Shown here piece after piece: positions 62,590 to 64,000 of a stretch of DNA of 64,000 bases. This DNA is from Vicugna vicugna (Eukaryota). The notes beneath the pieces were generated by a model. That model saw only the letters and a list, made by a program, of their open reading frames with translations. It searched no databases and was not told the DNA's origin. Location: the NCBI GenBank assembly GCA_013265495.1, contig MU058213.1, positions 3,968,001 through 4,032,000 of the forward strand, in the 5' to 3' direction. The stretch's first letter is position 1, and the number at the start of each line of letters is the position of its first letter. The position numbers and the translations under genes were made by a program.

Positions 62590-64000
62590 ATATTTCTGAA
62601 CAAATTCACTGGGCATTGGTATTTCTGATTCCTGACAGATATTAATATTTAGGATGTGGGAATGAGGAACCAAAATTTCTGAGAATTCTCAGGTATCCAT
62701 AAATTATGCAGAATCGTCATTCTGTATTTTCATGATACCATATTTAATATACTTTTAAATAGTTAGGAGTGACCATAATAAGCACTGAATCACTTTTCTA
62801 TGACAGTTATACTAAATTTTCAGATGTTTTCTGTTAAAAAAGATATAATGATAAACATATAGTTTATTAATATGAACCAATGTATTGTGACAAGCTTGTA
62901 TATTTTGATACCATTAAATCTACCTGACATAGATATCTGATAACAAAAAACATTAAAGGGAACATCAACATAAATGCCAAATAAAAATCATTTTAAAAAT
63001 CAGAAGCATTACAAATATTTGTTTAGAAGTTTTTCTTAATATGAAATTTGAAAAGTCACAACATATTAATTGCCCTGATAGTCTTTATTTTGCAACAAAT
63101 ATTTCAGACATAGAAATTTTTCTTTTATTTTTGCATTGATATAGTCAAGTTCTGAAGGATTGTCCAAAGACATCTTTAAGTTGGTATTACGTTACATGTT
63201 GCTTCATAGAAGCTCTTTTCCTTTTTTTGATGATAAAAATATTTTGTCTGCTTGCCCTGATTTTGGTCTTGCTGTTGCAATCGATAATTGCTTTTGCTAA
63301 TTTAGAATTGGTATTAGTTTCTGATCTCATTTCAGACTGTTCCACAACATTTACTTCTTTTTGCATTTCTTGTTAAAGGATTTGCAAAGAATAGCACCCT
63401 TTGGCAAATAACCATGTACTGGGAAACGCCACCAAATTCATTTGGTAGTATTTGAATAATGTTAAATTTCTATTTCGTATCAAGGGTAATAGCACCACAC
63501 AGAATCACAAGTCAAAACTGCTAATTTATGGAATTATTTTGCCTCCACAACATGTTATTTTTAGAATATCATTGATGGGATCTGCATAAAGTATCCTAAG
63601 TATATAAACCTATTAATATTTATTTTACTTATAAGAATGACTCACCGTTAGCAGCAGAGAGGGGCATGAATGCACATTTATAACATGGCAATAGCTACAA
63701 ATCAGTGATCAGATTGTGACCACTTCTCTTCTATGGGCTCCTGTTCTGGCTCCTAGAAATGATGACTTTACTCTTGGACTACACGTGTCAGCATCCTCTG
63801 CTCTTACTTCAGTGGATTCCTACAAAACAGCAATGGCTCTAAATTTATACTAAGCTTTAATCCTCACAGAGGAGTTACAACACCTTCTCCTGTTTCATCA
63901 ATTTCTTGACTGATTTGTTTTGAAATTCAGAAAAATATACGTTTCCCAAGAAATGCTGTGAAGGAATTTCCGCAGAGTAAACACTTTGGGGACTCTCCGT
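62590..64000 (-). mobile_element. hAT (Charlie/Buster-type) transposase fossil, runs off the window edge
   Basis: Minus-strand translation gives, in order: PKCLLCG (63969-63989, BED-finger-like), YINAKIKEKFL (IKEKFL at 63111-63128), GIYVD..SMSGRFNG (62910-62933), TIHWFI (62871-62888; cf. HCFIH) and HS*LFKS..MVS*KY..TILH..W (cf. NSRLFK..MGSEH..LLLHTEVRW). Many stops and frameshifts. Confidence 0.7.

Noticed and set aside
63596..63645. Minus-strand GT-AG intron (GTGAGT...CTTAG)
   Set aside because: Only 50 nt, below typical mammalian intron size, inside a decayed transposon, and splicing does not restore an ORF.
62590..63650. Mutator/MULE (Ricksha-like) transposase with FLYWCH finger
   Set aside because: IYVD..F and TIH first suggested MULE, but motif order and spacing were inconsistent; the same residues fit hAT-Charlie better (IKEKFL, SMSGRFNG, HxFI, SxLFK).
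1..64000. CRISPR array, operon or other prokaryotic system
   Set aside because: The sequence is mammalian and repeat-rich, with no regularly spaced direct repeats or dense ORF organisation.

Overview
Mammalian genomic DNA, most likely camelid (alpaca, camel or llama), judged from three tRNA-derived Vic-1-type SINEs and cetartiodactyl-type L1 3' ends. I find no intact protein-coding gene. The window is mostly intergenic or intronic DNA dense in old repeats (L2, MIR, L1M, ERVL/MaLR LTRs, hAT DNA transposons) plus younger lineage-specific L1 and SINE copies. The one clearly gene-derived feature is a processed pseudogene of WIZ (about 13,466-15,956, + strand) inserted into an old L1 ORF2. It derives from a short isoform, has a large internal deletion that fuses two zinc-finger repeats, keeps a dense CpG island, and appears to carry an excess of A/T-to-G/C substitutions. 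Other notable structure: a 68-bp templated insertion copied from 5.1 kb away, an old local duplication with a homogenised 127-bp core, repeated use of one L1-endonuclease target site, a poly(A)-only insertion with a 17-bp TSD, and a hAT-Charlie transposase fossil at the right edge. Repeat family names and the WIZ comparison come from recalled consensus sequences, not database searches; repeat boundaries are approximate. I found no convincing wholly new biological system; the best leads concern mutation, recombination and repair.
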